Shown here: positions 8,102 to 16,768 of the stretch, piece after piece
How the letters are laid out: each line of letters opens with the position of its first letter
Numbering within the stretch: the first letter of the stretch is position 1
Assembly (NCBI GenBank): GCA_035279985.1
Contig: DATEGR010000062.1
Location: forward strand, 1 to 32,959
From: Verrucomicrobiia bacterium
Lineage (GTDB): Bacteria; Verrucomicrobiota; Verrucomicrobiia; Limisphaerales; UBA11358
Length of the DNA: 32,959 bases
Direction: 5' to 3'
The notes under the pieces: model-generated
Databases searched by the model: none
What the model saw: only the letters and a program-made list of their open reading frames with translations
Told to the model about the DNA's origin: nothing
Position numbers and translations under genes: made by a program

Positions 8102-11100
8102 TCAGTCCTTTACCAGCCAAACCACCCCCGGCGGCACATTGATGGTTCTTCCCGCGGGAATTGTTTCCGACCGGGTTGCCACTTGACCCGTTCGTGGGTC
8201 CACCACGTGCAGCTGGAACGAGCCGGATTCCGCCGACAAATCCAGTTCCGATTTGTCTGATGAATAAACGAGGTACTGCCGGCCCCGTTCGCGCAGAACC
8301 CAGCGGTTCTTTCCCGCAGCCTCCGGCCAGGGCTGCATTTGCGGAATGGCGTCAAGTAATTGTGAGTCGGTTGTTTCTGGCAAATCAGGCATCGAACCGC
8401 CGGCACACAAGAACGCCCATGAACCCTTCAAATTGGCATCCTCGCCCGAGGCGATGACGGCTTTGCCGGGAAATTTATGCCGATATTCCGCCGCCATGGC
8501 GGCCAAATCCATGTCAGTGGGTGTCCCGCCATGCCATTTCCGCTCAAACTGGCGCGGTGAAAGATTCTGTCCGCCTTTCGGCGCGAACAACCCCTTGTCC
8601 GTCCGCCACCAGTAGCGGAAACAAATCACGTCCACCACCGCGCGGCGCTGCGGGTCGGCGAGAATGGCGTCCTGCACGTCCTTGGGTGCGGCAAGCGCGA
8701 TGATGGGCTTCGTAGCCGCCGATGTGAGGAGGCGATGTCCCGCACGAGTCGGACCATCCGCCTCCTCACGTCGGCGGCTACAACCGTGGTCGCGTTCCCA
8801 ATCGGCGATGGTGTCGAGCCAGAATTGCTCGAATGCCAGCGGCCCGGTGAATTCCGCGCTGGTGAACTGGATGACATTCGGCTCGTTTGTAAAATTATTC
8901 AGATTTTGCCGGATGAAATTCTCGTGCAACTTGCGCCGGACCGGGTCGCTTACGTCATAAAACTGTTCGGCCATGAAGATGCGTTTGTCGCCGGCGAACG
9001 GCGGTGGCTCCGGAAATCCGGTGTGATTGATGTTGTTGGCCGAGCGCCACGGGCAATCCACCCAATGCGCCCCGGCTTCGAGGATGTTGTGCTGAAAATA
9101 ATTTTCATTGAACAACACCAGCCCGCGCTCGTCACAAATGTCGGCGAATTGCTTTAACCGCGACCAATACCACGGGTTGAATTTTGTGAGATCATATTTG
9201 CTCAGGCCGTCCCACGCCGTGCCCTGGCCGCTGCGCGCAAACGGCTGCTCATAAAATGGCCCCCAGACATCGCCGTTCTCGCGCCGGACGCGTTCGTGGT
9301 CCTCGCGCCGGCGGTCATACCAGAGGCCATAGTGGTGATCGAGCGCGACTTGATTTTTGGAAACCATGCCGTCGGCAACCGCGCTCAAATCATCGGTGAA
9401 GCCCGGCCCGATGCGCCCGGGTGCGAACCTGGTCAGGTTGATCCCGTAATTTTTTGCCTCGCTGGGGCGCATGTTGCCGCGCCACCAATTGATGCTCGCC
9501 GTGTTGCCGGCGAGCAATTTGCCGTTGCACACCAGCCAGCCGTTGGTGAGGGAAAGAACAGCGGACGGAGGGCGGAAGACGGAGGGCGGGGTTGGAAGTT
9601 CGTCAACCGGCTTGGCGGTTCCGGGTTCTGCCGGAATCGGATTCCGCGTTTCGGCGGCGGCGATGAAATTGGAGAGTTGCGGCGCAGGTTTGCGGGCCGC
9701 CGCGATCAATTCCGCCGCCTGCTGCTCGCTCGGGTTGCTGTATTCCTCCATCGAACGCGGCATCAATTTAATTTTTGCGGCCGCCGCTGCGCCCAGCCGG
9801 TCGGCGACCTGCGCGACAAACAGGCTTTCCGGCCGGACGTGGTCATTCGAGCTGCGCCAGATGCCATTGCCTTCAAATTCTCCCCACGAGCCGAACGCCC
9901 AGTTTTGGGCTGTCGGCGGACTTTCGCAGGAAATTTTTGACGCGTCACATTGCCACAGGACGGAGTTCGCCGCCGACCAGCCCGCGCCCTCACCGGCGTC
10001 GCCGCGATTCATCAGACTCAAACCGTTGCCGTCTATTCGGACGTTATCGAAAAGGGTGCCGCTCGCCCAGCTTGCCAGCGCGCCGCTGTCAGCTGTCGGC
10101 AAAGTATCCTCACATTGCACGAAGGCATTCGGTCCGGCGGCACAAAATCCGGCAGCGAAATCATGGCGTCCATGCTCGGCCCAACAGCGCAGAAACAACG
10201 TCTGCTGGCCCATGGTGAAAAAAGTGTCCCGCCGCCAGCCGCCCATTTCCGACACCGGCGCCAGCGACAGACAATCCTCAACCGTCACCCATTGGCAGCT
10301 GTCATAAATCGCCACCGCCGACCCGGCAAAATGCACGAAGGTGACCTGCCGGACCCAGGTGTTCTCCGCGTTTTCCATTGTGATGGCGAACCAGGAATGA
10401 TTTTCGTCCCTGGGATTCCCCGCATCGTAAGCGGATTCCAGCCGGAGATTTTCCACGCCGATACGGCTGATGCGTCCCGGCCAGGAATAGGTTTCCACCC
10501 GCCCGCCGCCGAATTTTGATTCGATGGCGGTTGTAATCGGCGCATCGACCGTCACCCGGTTGCCGTCAACTTTCTGGAGGACGCGGTCCCAGGTAAGGTC
10601 ATAACTGCCGGCATGCCAGACCAGCCGCCAGTCGCCGATTCCGCCCCCAAATTCCGTCATGCCCAACGCGCCAATCCACGGCCGGGTGCTGGGACGGATG
10701 ACGAAGACGGTGTCGCCGACTTTCAATCCGGTCGCGTCCCGGACGTGAAAACTCGTTGCGCCGACGGGAACGTGATCGTCCGCAATCTCCCAGTTTGAAT
10801 TCGGGATGCGTGACAAGTCGTTTTGGCCCGCGACGCGAATCAAAGTCCGCCGGTCCATTCCGGTAGCGACCAGCAGTGTTCCATTTTCGCCCATGCCTTG
10901 CCCCCGAAGCACGACGCCGGAATTGGTGATCTGCAGGCCGCCCGAAACTTCATGCCGGCCCTTGAGCAACAACACTGCGCCGCGGATCCCGTCCGGGCCC
11001 ATCGGCAACCCGGCGACGTAATCAATCGCTTTTTGAATTCGCGCCGTTTCATCACCGGCGACCGGCGGGACGATGACCCGGGCCGGCGCATCGGGAATGT

Positions 11101-11278
11101 CTTTGTCGCCGCCGGCGTAACCGCAGGTGGAAAAATCGGGAACACGATTGCCGTGTTCGTCGGGGTAATAAACCAGATGGCCGTCGGGGCCGATGGAAAT
11201 GATGGGCGACAATTTTTCCGGCGCGGCGCCGGCGGTAAGCACGAATCCGAAGGTGAACAGCAGGAGAAATGTTTTCAC
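8102..11278 (-). CDS. Secreted composite glycosidase-like protein: N-terminal right-handed beta-helix (pectate-lyase-superfamily-like) + C-terminal TIM-barrel-like domain (possibly DUF6298-like)
   Basis: 1058-aa ORF with a GTG start at 11278 that overlaps the upstream stop (GTGA). Signal peptide MKTFLLLFTFGFVLTAGAAPE. 'ETARIQKAIDYVAG..GAVLLLKGRHEVSGGLQITNSGVVLRGQG' is the usual N-terminal cap of Pectate_lyase_3/tailspike-like beta-helices. In the C-terminal half, 'ICDERGLVLFNENYFQHN' (an NE motif) and 'NVIQFTSAEFTG' resemble clan GH-A acid/base and nucleophile strands. Residues 833-856 are encoded by an inserted palindrome (listed as a separate feature). Confidence 0.8.
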   Translation of the reverse strand: MKTFLLLFTFGFVLTAGAAPEKLSPIISIGPDGHLVYYPDEHGNRVPDFSTCGYAGGDKDIPDAPARVIVPPVAGDETARIQKAIDYVAGLPMGPDGIRGAVLLLKGRHEVSGGLQITNSGVVLRGQGMGENGTLLVATGMDRRTLIRVAGQNDLSRIPNSNWEIADDHVPVGATSFHVRDATGLKVGDTVFVIRPSTRPWIGALGMTEFGGGIGDWRLVWHAGSYDLTWDRVLQKVDGNRVTVDAPITTAIESKFGGGRVETYSWPGRISRIGVENLRLESAYDAGNPRDENHSWFAITMENAENTWVRQVTFVHFAGSAVAIYDSCQWVTVEDCLSLAPVSEMGGWRRDTFFTMGQQTLFLRCWAEHGRHDFAAGFCAAGPNAFVQCEDTLPTADSGALASWASGTLFDNVRIDGNGLSLMNRGDAGEGAGWSAANSVLWQCDASKISCESPPTAQNWAFGSWGEFEGNGIWRSSNDHVRPESLFVAQVADRLGAAAAAKIKLMPRSMEEYSNPSEQQAAELIAAARKPAPQLSNFIAAAETRNPIPAEPGTAKPVDELPTPPSVFRPPSAVLSLTNGWLVCNGKLLAGNTASINWWRGNMRPSEAKNYGINLTRFAPGRIGPGFTDDLSAVADGMVSKNQVALDHHYGLWYDRRREDHERVRRENGDVWGPFYEQPFARSGQGTAWDGLSKYDLTKFNPWYWSRLKQFADICDERGLVLFNENYFQHNILEAGAHWVDCPWRSANNINHTGFPEPPPFAGDKRIFMAEQFYDVSDPVRRKLHENFIRQNLNNFTNEPNVIQFTSAEFTGPLAFEQFWLDTIADWERDHGCSRRREEADGPTRAGHRLLTSAATKPIIALAAPKDVQDAILADPQRRAVVDVICFRYWWRTDKGLFAPKGGQNLSPRQFERKWHGGTPTDMDLAAMAAEYRHKFPGKAVIASGEDANLKGSWAFLCAGGSMPDLPETTDSQLLDAIPQMQPWPEAAGKNRWVLRERGRQYLVYSSDKSELDLSAESGSFQLHVVDPRTGQVATRSETIPAGRTINVPPGVVWLVKD
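8711..8782. repeat. 72-bp palindromic (REP/MITE-like) element lying in frame inside the CDS 8102..11278
   Basis: GTAGCCGCCGATGTGAGGAGGCG (8712..8734) and CGCCTCCTCACGTCGGCGGCTAC (8759..8781) form a 23-bp stem with a single T/G mismatch around a 24-nt loop. The element is exactly 24 codons (CSRRREEADGPTRAGHRLLTSAAT on the minus strand). Because it is a palindrome, the plus strand also reads RLLTSAAT (ORF 8735..9157). Confidence 0.85.
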
Positions 11279-12873
11279 GGGAGTTTGCCGGTCAATTGCT
11301 CAAGTTTGTCTGCGTGCGCGATTTCCTTGCCGCCGGCCAGCACCGTCAAACCTTTGCCGCGCTGGTAGCGTGTTCCGTCCTGGTCCCAAAGAATGGTGAG
11401 GGTGTGATCGTGATATTTCACGCCGTCGAGACAAAACCAGTTCCAGGTCCCCTCCGGCAACAACGGCCAGACCTCCACCGTGTCATCCGCCCGCGGCACC
11501 AGACCGACAACGCCGGTGATGAGCAGGTCCGCAAACGTGGAATGGTTGTAGTAACGGCTGCGGCCGCCCTTGCCGTTGATCCATTGGCCGGTCGTTTCGT
11601 CGAGGTATTCGCCGATATAAGGTTTGGCGTCGGCGTGCTGGCTGTGAACGTAAGCGAGGAACGCGTCGAAATAATCGCGGGCAGTGACGACGTTTTGCGG
11701 GTAATCACGCAGCAAATTGGCCAGCGCGTCCAGGGTCTGGGACGTAGCGAACGGCCAGACGGCGCCGTCCCATTCACAATGGCCGTAGCCATGCGACCGG
11801 AATTCCGGGCTGCGGCGCTCGGCCGTCGTGATGCCATAGGGCGCGCTAAATCCTTGCGGGTCAGTCAACTGCGCCCACGCTGTTTCGTATCCTTTCCCCG
11901 GCTCCGGCAGGTCAAACATCCAGGGAAGGAACCCGATTTCCTCGCGCACATCGGCGAATTTGCCGTCGTCGCGGAGCACTTCAAAAAATTGCGCCTCCGG
12001 ATTCCACAACTTTTCCTCGACCAGCATTTTCAAGCGCGCGGCTTTGGCGGCAAATTCGACCGCAACTTTCCTGTCTCCGGCCAGCCGGGCGATGGCGGCG
12101 ATGGCGCGGGCGTTGGCGAACATGTAGCTGTTGATGGTCGGGCGCAGGTTCCGGTTCGTGCGCGAGCCGCTGATGGATTCCTCCATTGCGTCGCGGACAT
12201 CATATTGCCAGAACAGGCCGTTGGTGGTCAGGCGTTCCTGTTCCCATTGCCGGTAGTCACGCGTCAAATCATCGAGCAATGAAAGCAGGAAACGCTTGTC
12301 GCCGGTGACCAAATAACGCTGGTAGAGTGCGTCGGCCAGCCAACTGCTGTATTTGTGCAGTTGTTGCCGGCTGGCCGGGCTGCGCAGCCAGTAGCGGACA
12401 TAGTCGTCGAGGTATTTCTGGTCGTGCAACCAGCGGCCTTCCCTGAGTTGATGGCCGAGCGCGCTGCTGACGGGCTGTGGCCGGGTGAGAAATTCGGTGA
12501 GCACAAAGCCATCCGGCGTCTTCTCGATGTGTTTCCGGAACGACCACCAGCGGTAATAATACATCTCCTCCACTTCACGGTCCGGGCATTCAAAAAGCGG
12601 AATCTCCTTTTGCAACCAGTCCCCCGAAGCGGCGTTGGAGATGTAATTGGTGACGTTTTCGTCCTCCATCGTGTTGAAGGATTGCACGTAGTGGGCGAAC
12701 GCGGCCGGTTTCAAGACCGGCCATCCGGCAGAGCGAACCGGGAAACCAACCGCTAAAAACGCGAAACATCCGAATGCGACACGGCAGGTGCACCCGAGGC
12801 CATGGCCAATACCGAATGCCCAACCGCTGGCATTGGCACGGCGTTTTTTTGTGTCGCTCGCGGTTTTCATCAT
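11275..12873 (-). CDS. Six-hairpin (alpha/alpha)6 glycoside hydrolase, MGH1/GH63-like (family uncertain)
   Basis: 532-aa ORF with a basic N-terminal region followed by a hydrophobic segment (KKRR..VAFGCFAFLAVGF). 'EEMYYYRWWSFRKHI', 'GLFWQYDVRDAMEESISG', 'FANARAIAAIARLAGD' and 'HCEWDGAVWPFATSQTLDALANL' are the kind of motifs seen in trehalase/GH63/GH65-like six-hairpin enzymes. Its stop overlaps the GTG start of the next gene. Confidence 0.7.
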   Translation of the reverse strand: MMKTASDTKKRRANASGWAFGIGHGLGCTCRVAFGCFAFLAVGFPVRSAGWPVLKPAAFAHYVQSFNTMEDENVTNYISNAASGDWLQKEIPLFECPDREVEEMYYYRWWSFRKHIEKTPDGFVLTEFLTRPQPVSSALGHQLREGRWLHDQKYLDDYVRYWLRSPASRQQLHKYSSWLADALYQRYLVTGDKRFLLSLLDDLTRDYRQWEQERLTTNGLFWQYDVRDAMEESISGSRTNRNLRPTINSYMFANARAIAAIARLAGDRKVAVEFAAKAARLKMLVEEKLWNPEAQFFEVLRDDGKFADVREEIGFLPWMFDLPEPGKGYETAWAQLTDPQGFSAPYGITTAERRSPEFRSHGYGHCEWDGAVWPFATSQTLDALANLLRDYPQNVVTARDYFDAFLAYVHSQHADAKPYIGEYLDETTGQWINGKGGRSRYYNHSTFADLLITGVVGLVPRADDTVEVWPLLPEGTWNWFCLDGVKYHDHTLTILWDQDGTRYQRGKGLTVLAGGKEIAHADKLEQLTGKLP

Positions 12874-12880
12874 CCGGTGC

Positions 12881-13819
12881 TCACAGGTTCAATGTGGCCA
12901 GGTCCACCTGGACTTTCTTCAGCCGCTCTTCGACCAGCGCCCGTTCTTCGGCGCGAAAACGGTGGAACGGTTCGGCCATGAAATCGTCGCAGATGCCCAA
13001 ACCGGCCAGCGCGCATTTGATGCCTTTGATGACGGCGGAAGGATGTTTGCCAATGTGGTAAAACGCCGCGCCAATATTCGCAATTTGCTTCTGCAACTGC
13101 CGGGCGTGCGCAATATCGCCCGCCCGAAAGGCCTCGCAAAGGGTCACGTATATTTTCGGAAACAGGTTGGCGCCGCCGTTCACGCCGCCGTGGCCGCCGA
13201 ATTGCAGCGCATCGAGCAATTTTTCTTCCGGGCCGATGAGTAACGACCAGTCGGGGCGCTGCTTCAGGAATGCGGCGACGCATTTGAAGTAATTCAAATC
13301 ACCCGAGCTGTCCTTGAATCCGATGATGCGCGGATTGTCGAGGGCGCGGCGGACCGTATCGAGTTCGTAGGACACCTTTGTCAGCGGCGGCATGTTGTAG
13401 AGAAACAGCGGCAGCGGCAGTTCAGGCGCCAGATGGTCCAGCCATTCCTGCAATTCCGGCTGGCCTTCCGGCATGTAATAGGGCGGGGCGGCGACGACCG
13501 CCTGTGCGCCGCAATCCGCTGCGTGGCGCGCGAGATGCACCGATTCAATAAACGCCGTGTCCGTGATGCCGATCAGTACCGGCACGCGCTGCTTCACTTG
13601 TCGGCAAACGCGTTCGACCAGTTCGCGGCGCAGGCGGTAGCTCAGGCTCGGTCCCTCGCCGGTGGTGCCGAGAACAAACAGTCCGCTGACGCCGCCGGAC
13701 AAAATATGTTCCAGCAATGTTTCCAGCCCGGCCACGTCCAGCTCATCCCGGCTCCGTAACGGCGTGACCAGGGGCGGGATAATTCCCGTCAAAGGCGCTT
13801 TCATGGTTTTATTTCCCAT
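12881..13819 (-). CDS. Class I aldolase of the dihydrodipicolinate synthase / N-acetylneuraminate lyase family (probable 2-keto-3-deoxy-acid-sugar aldolase)
   Basis: 312 aa. 'GIIPPLVTPL', 'GLFVLGTTGEGPSLS' (the GTTGE motif), 'LFLYNMPPLT' (the YN.P tyrosine) and 'IIGFKDSSGDL' (Schiff-base lysine context) are DHDPS/NAL family hallmarks. An alternative ATG lies at 13804 (MKAPL..). Confidence 0.85.
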   Translation of the reverse strand: MGNKTMKAPLTGIIPPLVTPLRSRDELDVAGLETLLEHILSGGVSGLFVLGTTGEGPSLSYRLRRELVERVCRQVKQRVPVLIGITDTAFIESVHLARHAADCGAQAVVAAPPYYMPEGQPELQEWLDHLAPELPLPLFLYNMPPLTKVSYELDTVRRALDNPRIIGFKDSSGDLNYFKCVAAFLKQRPDWSLLIGPEEKLLDALQFGGHGGVNGGANLFPKIYVTLCEAFRAGDIAHARQLQKQIANIGAAFYHIGKHPSAVIKGIKCALAGLGICDDFMAEPFHRFRAEERALVEERLKKVQVDLATLNL

Positions 13820-13829
13820 CGCAAAAAAA

Positions 13830-15074
13830 TCATCGCCTGGCCAATTCCGCTTCGCGGCGCGGCCGGATCAGCAGAATCAGCCCCGCACTCAACAAGGCTA
13901 CGGTCGCCGAGCCGGCAAACGCCACGGAAAACTTGATGCCGTGATCCCGCATCCAGCCTAGCAGGACCGTGGCGCCGGCGCCCACGCTGATGCTGACGAA
14001 ATTCATGAAACCGTAACCGGTGGCGCGAAGTTCCGGCCGCACGATCTGGCAGAGGATGGGCATGTTGTTGCAATCGAAAAATCCCCAGCCGATGCCGAAC
14101 AACACCATGAACACCATGGCCGCGCCCACACTCCAGGCCCAGCCCATTCCCAGCAAGGCAGGCACCATCAGAAAGACCCCAACCGCACTGGCGTAGATGC
14201 GGCCGCGCGGCGTGGCGCGCATCCACCAATCGGCGGCCACGCCTCCGAGCAACACACCGGCAAATGACGCCATCTGGATGTAGCCGGTGGCCGACAAGCC
14301 GGCCGGGCCTTCTTTGAGGTGAAACGTGTCGGCCAGATAGGTGGGCAGCCAGTTCTTCGTGACCCAGCCGGCAATCGCCGGCAAGGTAAAATAAATGACC
14401 AGAATCCAGAACGCCGGTTGCAGCCACAGGGCGCGCAATGTTTCGCCGACGGTTACCGAATTTTTTTTCGCCGAAACCTCGTCGGCGGTGACCGGCGCGT
14501 CCCGCAAGGCGAGCATCAGCACGATCGAGTAAATCACGCCCACGGCGCCAAACCACGTGAAGCAGTTCCGCCAGGTGCTGGTTTGGGCGATGTAACCGCC
14601 GAGGCCGCCGAGTGCCAGGCCGGCATAAATGCCGCTTTGATGAACACCCACCGCCCGCGCCCGCGTGTGGCCCGTGTGAAAATCCGCGATGAGCGCCAGT
14701 GCCGCCGGAATGTAAAATGCCTCGCTGATGCCCATGAGCCCGCGGAAACAAAGCATCTGCGAGTAGGTGGTCGCCTGTCCCGTCGCCCAGGTCACCGCGG
14801 ACCAGACGCCCAGACTGCCGATGACCGTCCAACGGCGGTTGAACTTGTCTGCCACGAAACCGCCCAGAGGACTCAGAAACGCATACACCCACATGAACAC
14901 CGCCATGAGCGTGCCGAACTCCTGGTCGTTGGCAATGCTGGGTATGTCGGCGCGGATGGACGCGCGGATGGTGGCGACCATCTGACGATCCAAATAATTC
15001 AACAACGCCACCGGCCAGAGCAATGCCACCACCGCCCAGGCATACGTGGAAACTTTTGAGGTCGCGCCGTTCAC
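13830..15074 (-). CDS. MFS transporter, ACS family (acidic sugar / ulosonate-type substrate likely)
   Basis: 414-aa multi-TM ORF. 'ALLNYLDRQMVATIR' is the same N-terminal ACS-family motif as in the ExuT-like gene at 43..1356. The GTG start at 15074 overlaps the upstream TGA (GTGA). There is no in-frame ATG before TM1. Confidence 0.85.
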   Translation of the reverse strand: MNGATSKVSTYAWAVVALLWPVALLNYLDRQMVATIRASIRADIPSIANDQEFGTLMAVFMWVYAFLSPLGGFVADKFNRRWTVIGSLGVWSAVTWATGQATTYSQMLCFRGLMGISEAFYIPAALALIADFHTGHTRARAVGVHQSGIYAGLALGGLGGYIAQTSTWRNCFTWFGAVGVIYSIVLMLALRDAPVTADEVSAKKNSVTVGETLRALWLQPAFWILVIYFTLPAIAGWVTKNWLPTYLADTFHLKEGPAGLSATGYIQMASFAGVLLGGVAADWWMRATPRGRIYASAVGVFLMVPALLGMGWAWSVGAAMVFMVLFGIGWGFFDCNNMPILCQIVRPELRATGYGFMNFVSISVGAGATVLLGWMRDHGIKFSVAFAGSATVALLSAGLILLIRPRREAELARR

Positions 15075-16765
15075 TTCAACGTGTTCACGTTGTTGCGGGG
15101 ATCACCCCAGTCAATCTTCTTCGTCGGGTCGAGGCCGTCGAGATACTTGTCCATGACGGTGTAGCCGTCGCCCTGTAAATCCTTTTGCGCGAGTTCCGTG
15201 TCGTTCGTATCGAGATGATATTTCACCTTCCACGACAGCGGGATGCCGTCGGGGCACAGGTCTTTGATCGGTTCGCCCTTGTATTCGGGATAACCGCCAA
15301 CCTGCGATGGATTTGTGATGATGCCGTTGCCCGCCACGCCGATGTCGTTTTTGGCCAGACCCTTCCTGTATGGCGGCGTGAATTCCCTGCCTTCACTCCA
15401 AACTTTTCCCGTCCGGACCGCCTCGATGATGCGCTTGTCGACCGCGTCCCGGCAGGGCAAGGTTGCGCCAACGCCAGCCAACACTGCCTCGTAGGCCTCT
15501 TTGGCCGGGGTAATCGTCATGGGCGGCATCGGGAACGGCCGATCGACGCGGACCTTGGCGATCAAATCTTTCACAGCGTCGCCCGTGGTGACGGTCGGGT
15601 CATCCTTTGAGCCGCCGGAGGCAAACTGGACACCGCCGGCCCAGTTGTCGGCGGTGACTTTTTGGTTGCCATCAACAATATTGCCCGCGACATAAGCCTT
15701 GCCAAAGCGCGGCGTCGGGTCCGCTTTGGACTGCGTGGCGGAAGGCTCCAGGACGCGATAACGGATAGGACCGTTGTCCACCGCGGGGCCGGGTTTGAAA
15801 TAGTTGTTGATGATGTTGTAAAGACTCAATTCGCCGCCGCCGTCAATGGTGCGATGCCGCCAGTTGAACAACACATTGTTGACGAAATTAAAATCGTAGG
15901 TCATCGCCACGCTGGGATTGCGTCCGGTGTTGCAGGCAAAAAGATTGTGATGAAAACCGGTGTTGCGACCGCCCCAATCGCCGCCAAACGCGTGATTGTA
16001 GGTGTTGAGGGCCTCGCTGGTGATGCACCATTGAATCGTGACATTGACGGCGGGGAGCTTGAGCGCCGGGCCACCGTTCCTTGGCTGATACATGTGGCGG
16101 TAGGTATCGAGGTTCTGGTCCTGGCCCCAGCTCGCCGAGAGATGATCGAGGATGATATTGCCGACCGGATTGCCGTAATGAACGCCGTGACGGTTGAACA
16201 CGTCCAGGTTGCCGCGCCGCAAACGGAGATATCGGATAACGACGTCGTGGGCGTTGTCCACCAGGCCGTTGCCGGCGACGCAGACACCGTCGCCCGGCGC
16301 GGTATGACCGTCAATCGTGATGTAGGGTGCCTCGATGTAAATCGGCTTTTCCAGATGAATGATGCCGGCGACGTTAAAAACCACGATGCGCGGGCCGGCA
16401 GATTCGCAGGCTTCCCGAAACGTTCCCGGGCCGCTATCGGCGAGATTGGTCACGACAAAGACCTTTCCACCTCGCCCGCCAAAGGAAAATTTTCCACCGC
16501 CCTCGGCACCGGGGAAGGCCGGCACCTTCGCCTGCGGCAAATCTTCAGGTTTGGACGCCCACGGAATGAACGGCTTGCCCTTCTTCGCCCACTCGGCAAT
16601 TTTGGGCGAGTCTTTGGCGATGACGTTCTGCTCATATTGGTTCCAGGCGGCGTCGCGCTGCCGGATGGCGGCGTCGGGAACCGGCCAATTTTCGCGGGCA
16701 AAACCGGATGGCACGGCAAGTGAAAGCAGGGTGGCGAAGAGAATAGCATTTTTCATGTGTTTCAT
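15071..16765 (-). CDS. Secreted pectate lyase, PL1 family
   Basis: 564 aa with signal peptide MKHMKNAILFATLLSLAVPSGFA. PL1 beta-helix signatures: 'AFPGAEGGGKFSFGGRGGKVFVVTNLADSGPGTFREA', 'ILDHLSASWGQD', 'GFHHNLFACNTGRNPS', 'FVNNVLFNW'. The C-terminal 'DLQGDGYTVMDKYLDGL' is a Ca-binding-type motif. The start lies 3 nt after the upstream stop. Confidence 0.9.
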   Translation of the reverse strand: MKHMKNAILFATLLSLAVPSGFARENWPVPDAAIRQRDAAWNQYEQNVIAKDSPKIAEWAKKGKPFIPWASKPEDLPQAKVPAFPGAEGGGKFSFGGRGGKVFVVTNLADSGPGTFREACESAGPRIVVFNVAGIIHLEKPIYIEAPYITIDGHTAPGDGVCVAGNGLVDNAHDVVIRYLRLRRGNLDVFNRHGVHYGNPVGNIILDHLSASWGQDQNLDTYRHMYQPRNGGPALKLPAVNVTIQWCITSEALNTYNHAFGGDWGGRNTGFHHNLFACNTGRNPSVAMTYDFNFVNNVLFNWRHRTIDGGGELSLYNIINNYFKPGPAVDNGPIRYRVLEPSATQSKADPTPRFGKAYVAGNIVDGNQKVTADNWAGGVQFASGGSKDDPTVTTGDAVKDLIAKVRVDRPFPMPPMTITPAKEAYEAVLAGVGATLPCRDAVDKRIIEAVRTGKVWSEGREFTPPYRKGLAKNDIGVAGNGIITNPSQVGGYPEYKGEPIKDLCPDGIPLSWKVKYHLDTNDTELAQKDLQGDGYTVMDKYLDGLDPTKKIDWGDPRNNVNTLK

Positions 16766-16768
16766 TTT

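Noticed and set aside
14461-14468. Homopolymer runs inside coding regions as possible phase-variation tracts: T8 at 14461..14468 in the MFS gene, T8 at 30868..30875 in GH78, and A7/T7 runs at 7865..7875 and 12844..12850.
   Set aside because: They are short, encode plausible Lys/Phe runs in loops or signal peptides, and there is no evidence of frame disruption.
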